A stretch of DNA of 63,699 nt, the filler included, from Basidiobolus ranarum (Eukaryota), in NCBI GenBank assembly GCA_040143965.1. It is 12 parts of 12 records of this genome, joined end to end, with 100 filler letters (N's around TTAATTAATTAA, not from the genome) between each part and the next. Parts side by side here need not be neighbours in the genome. Positions count along the whole stretch, not along the records: positions 58,497 to 63,699 come from JASJQH010001670.1; 11 more parts are not named here. One strand, written 5' to 3'. Below the pieces are notes generated by a model. That model worked only from the letters and a program-made list of their open reading frames with translations, ran no database searches and had not been told where the DNA came from. The stretch's first letter is position 1; the number at the start of each line of letters is the position of its first letter. Position numbers and translations under genes: made by a program. Of this stretch, positions 63,171 to 63,699 are shown one piece after another.

Positions 63171-63699
63171 GTTGTGTCCAAGAGAAAAGTGGATAAAAAG
63201 TCTTGAACTTTACTGAACCAAAGAAACAGTTAAGTGCAGAATCTTAGAACTGTTTAAGCAGGATATATCAGCAGAGCAGATCTAACTAATATATGTCTTG
63301 GGTATAGCAATGGGTTGCTATGTTATGGTAGAGAGTAGGTTTGCTAGGCAGCTAGGGTTGGTGTTCTGTAGATGCTAGTGGATACTAGGCTTGGATAGAA
63401 ATGAGAGGGGAATATTGAATTTGTTGAGAAACATTGAGAAGTGTTGAGATCCTGTATTTGTTGAGACGCACACTAAACCAAAAGGTTCAGTTAGCTTTAT
63501 TTATACTTTTTGAATGCAAAGTGAATTAGTCAGTGCCAAGATATTTGATGACTATTTCTGATAAAAGATAATGTGATTGAATAGATATATAGATAGATAA
63601 GTGAGTCATGCATCAGCTGAAGTCTTGGCAGTGAAAGATCATTAGTTATGAATCTTGTGACTCATATTGACTTGTGTCTAGGCAGATGACTCAGAGGTT

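Overview
Eukaryotic, AT-rich DNA with short GT-AG introns, most consistent with an early-diverging fungus (Zoopagomycota/Mucoromycota type; this is an inference from gene content such as a DHCR7-type sterol reductase, a PX-AGC kinase and a Kin4 kinase). The window is not one locus. It is 12 unrelated contigs of about 5.2 kb, sorted by size and joined by an artificial 100-bp linker (N44-TTAATTAATTAA-N44), so adjacency across linkers means nothing. Recognisable genes: KTI12, a C2H2 zinc-finger TF, the 3' end of pyruvate decarboxylase, a PX-like/AGC kinase, DHCR7, an HSF-type TF, two halves of a Kin4/Ppk1 kinase in permuted order, and a bHLH-ZIP TF. Unassigned genes: two tandem paralogues sharing a C-terminal Cys motif (one has a signal peptide, the other is 5'-truncated), a Tyr/Gly/Arg/Met repeat protein, and a 4-exon 200-aa gene with a papain-fold-like Cys/His motif pattern. 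Much of the remainder is decayed, CpG-depleted Ty1/copia, Ty3/gypsy and CACTA-like transposon debris with solo LTRs. Best candidates for something new: (i) a head-to-tail chain of four truncated transcript 3' ends sharing an AATAAA/stem-loop module and joined at TTAGGG-like junctions (51495-53089), resembling telomere-primed retroelements; (ii) the intron-containing, toxin-like orphan gene; (iii) the tandem Cys-motif family and the GRR-repeat protein; (iv) the permuted kinase contig. No rRNA, tRNA or CRISPR array was found. Coordinates were read by hand; TE boundaries are approximate.
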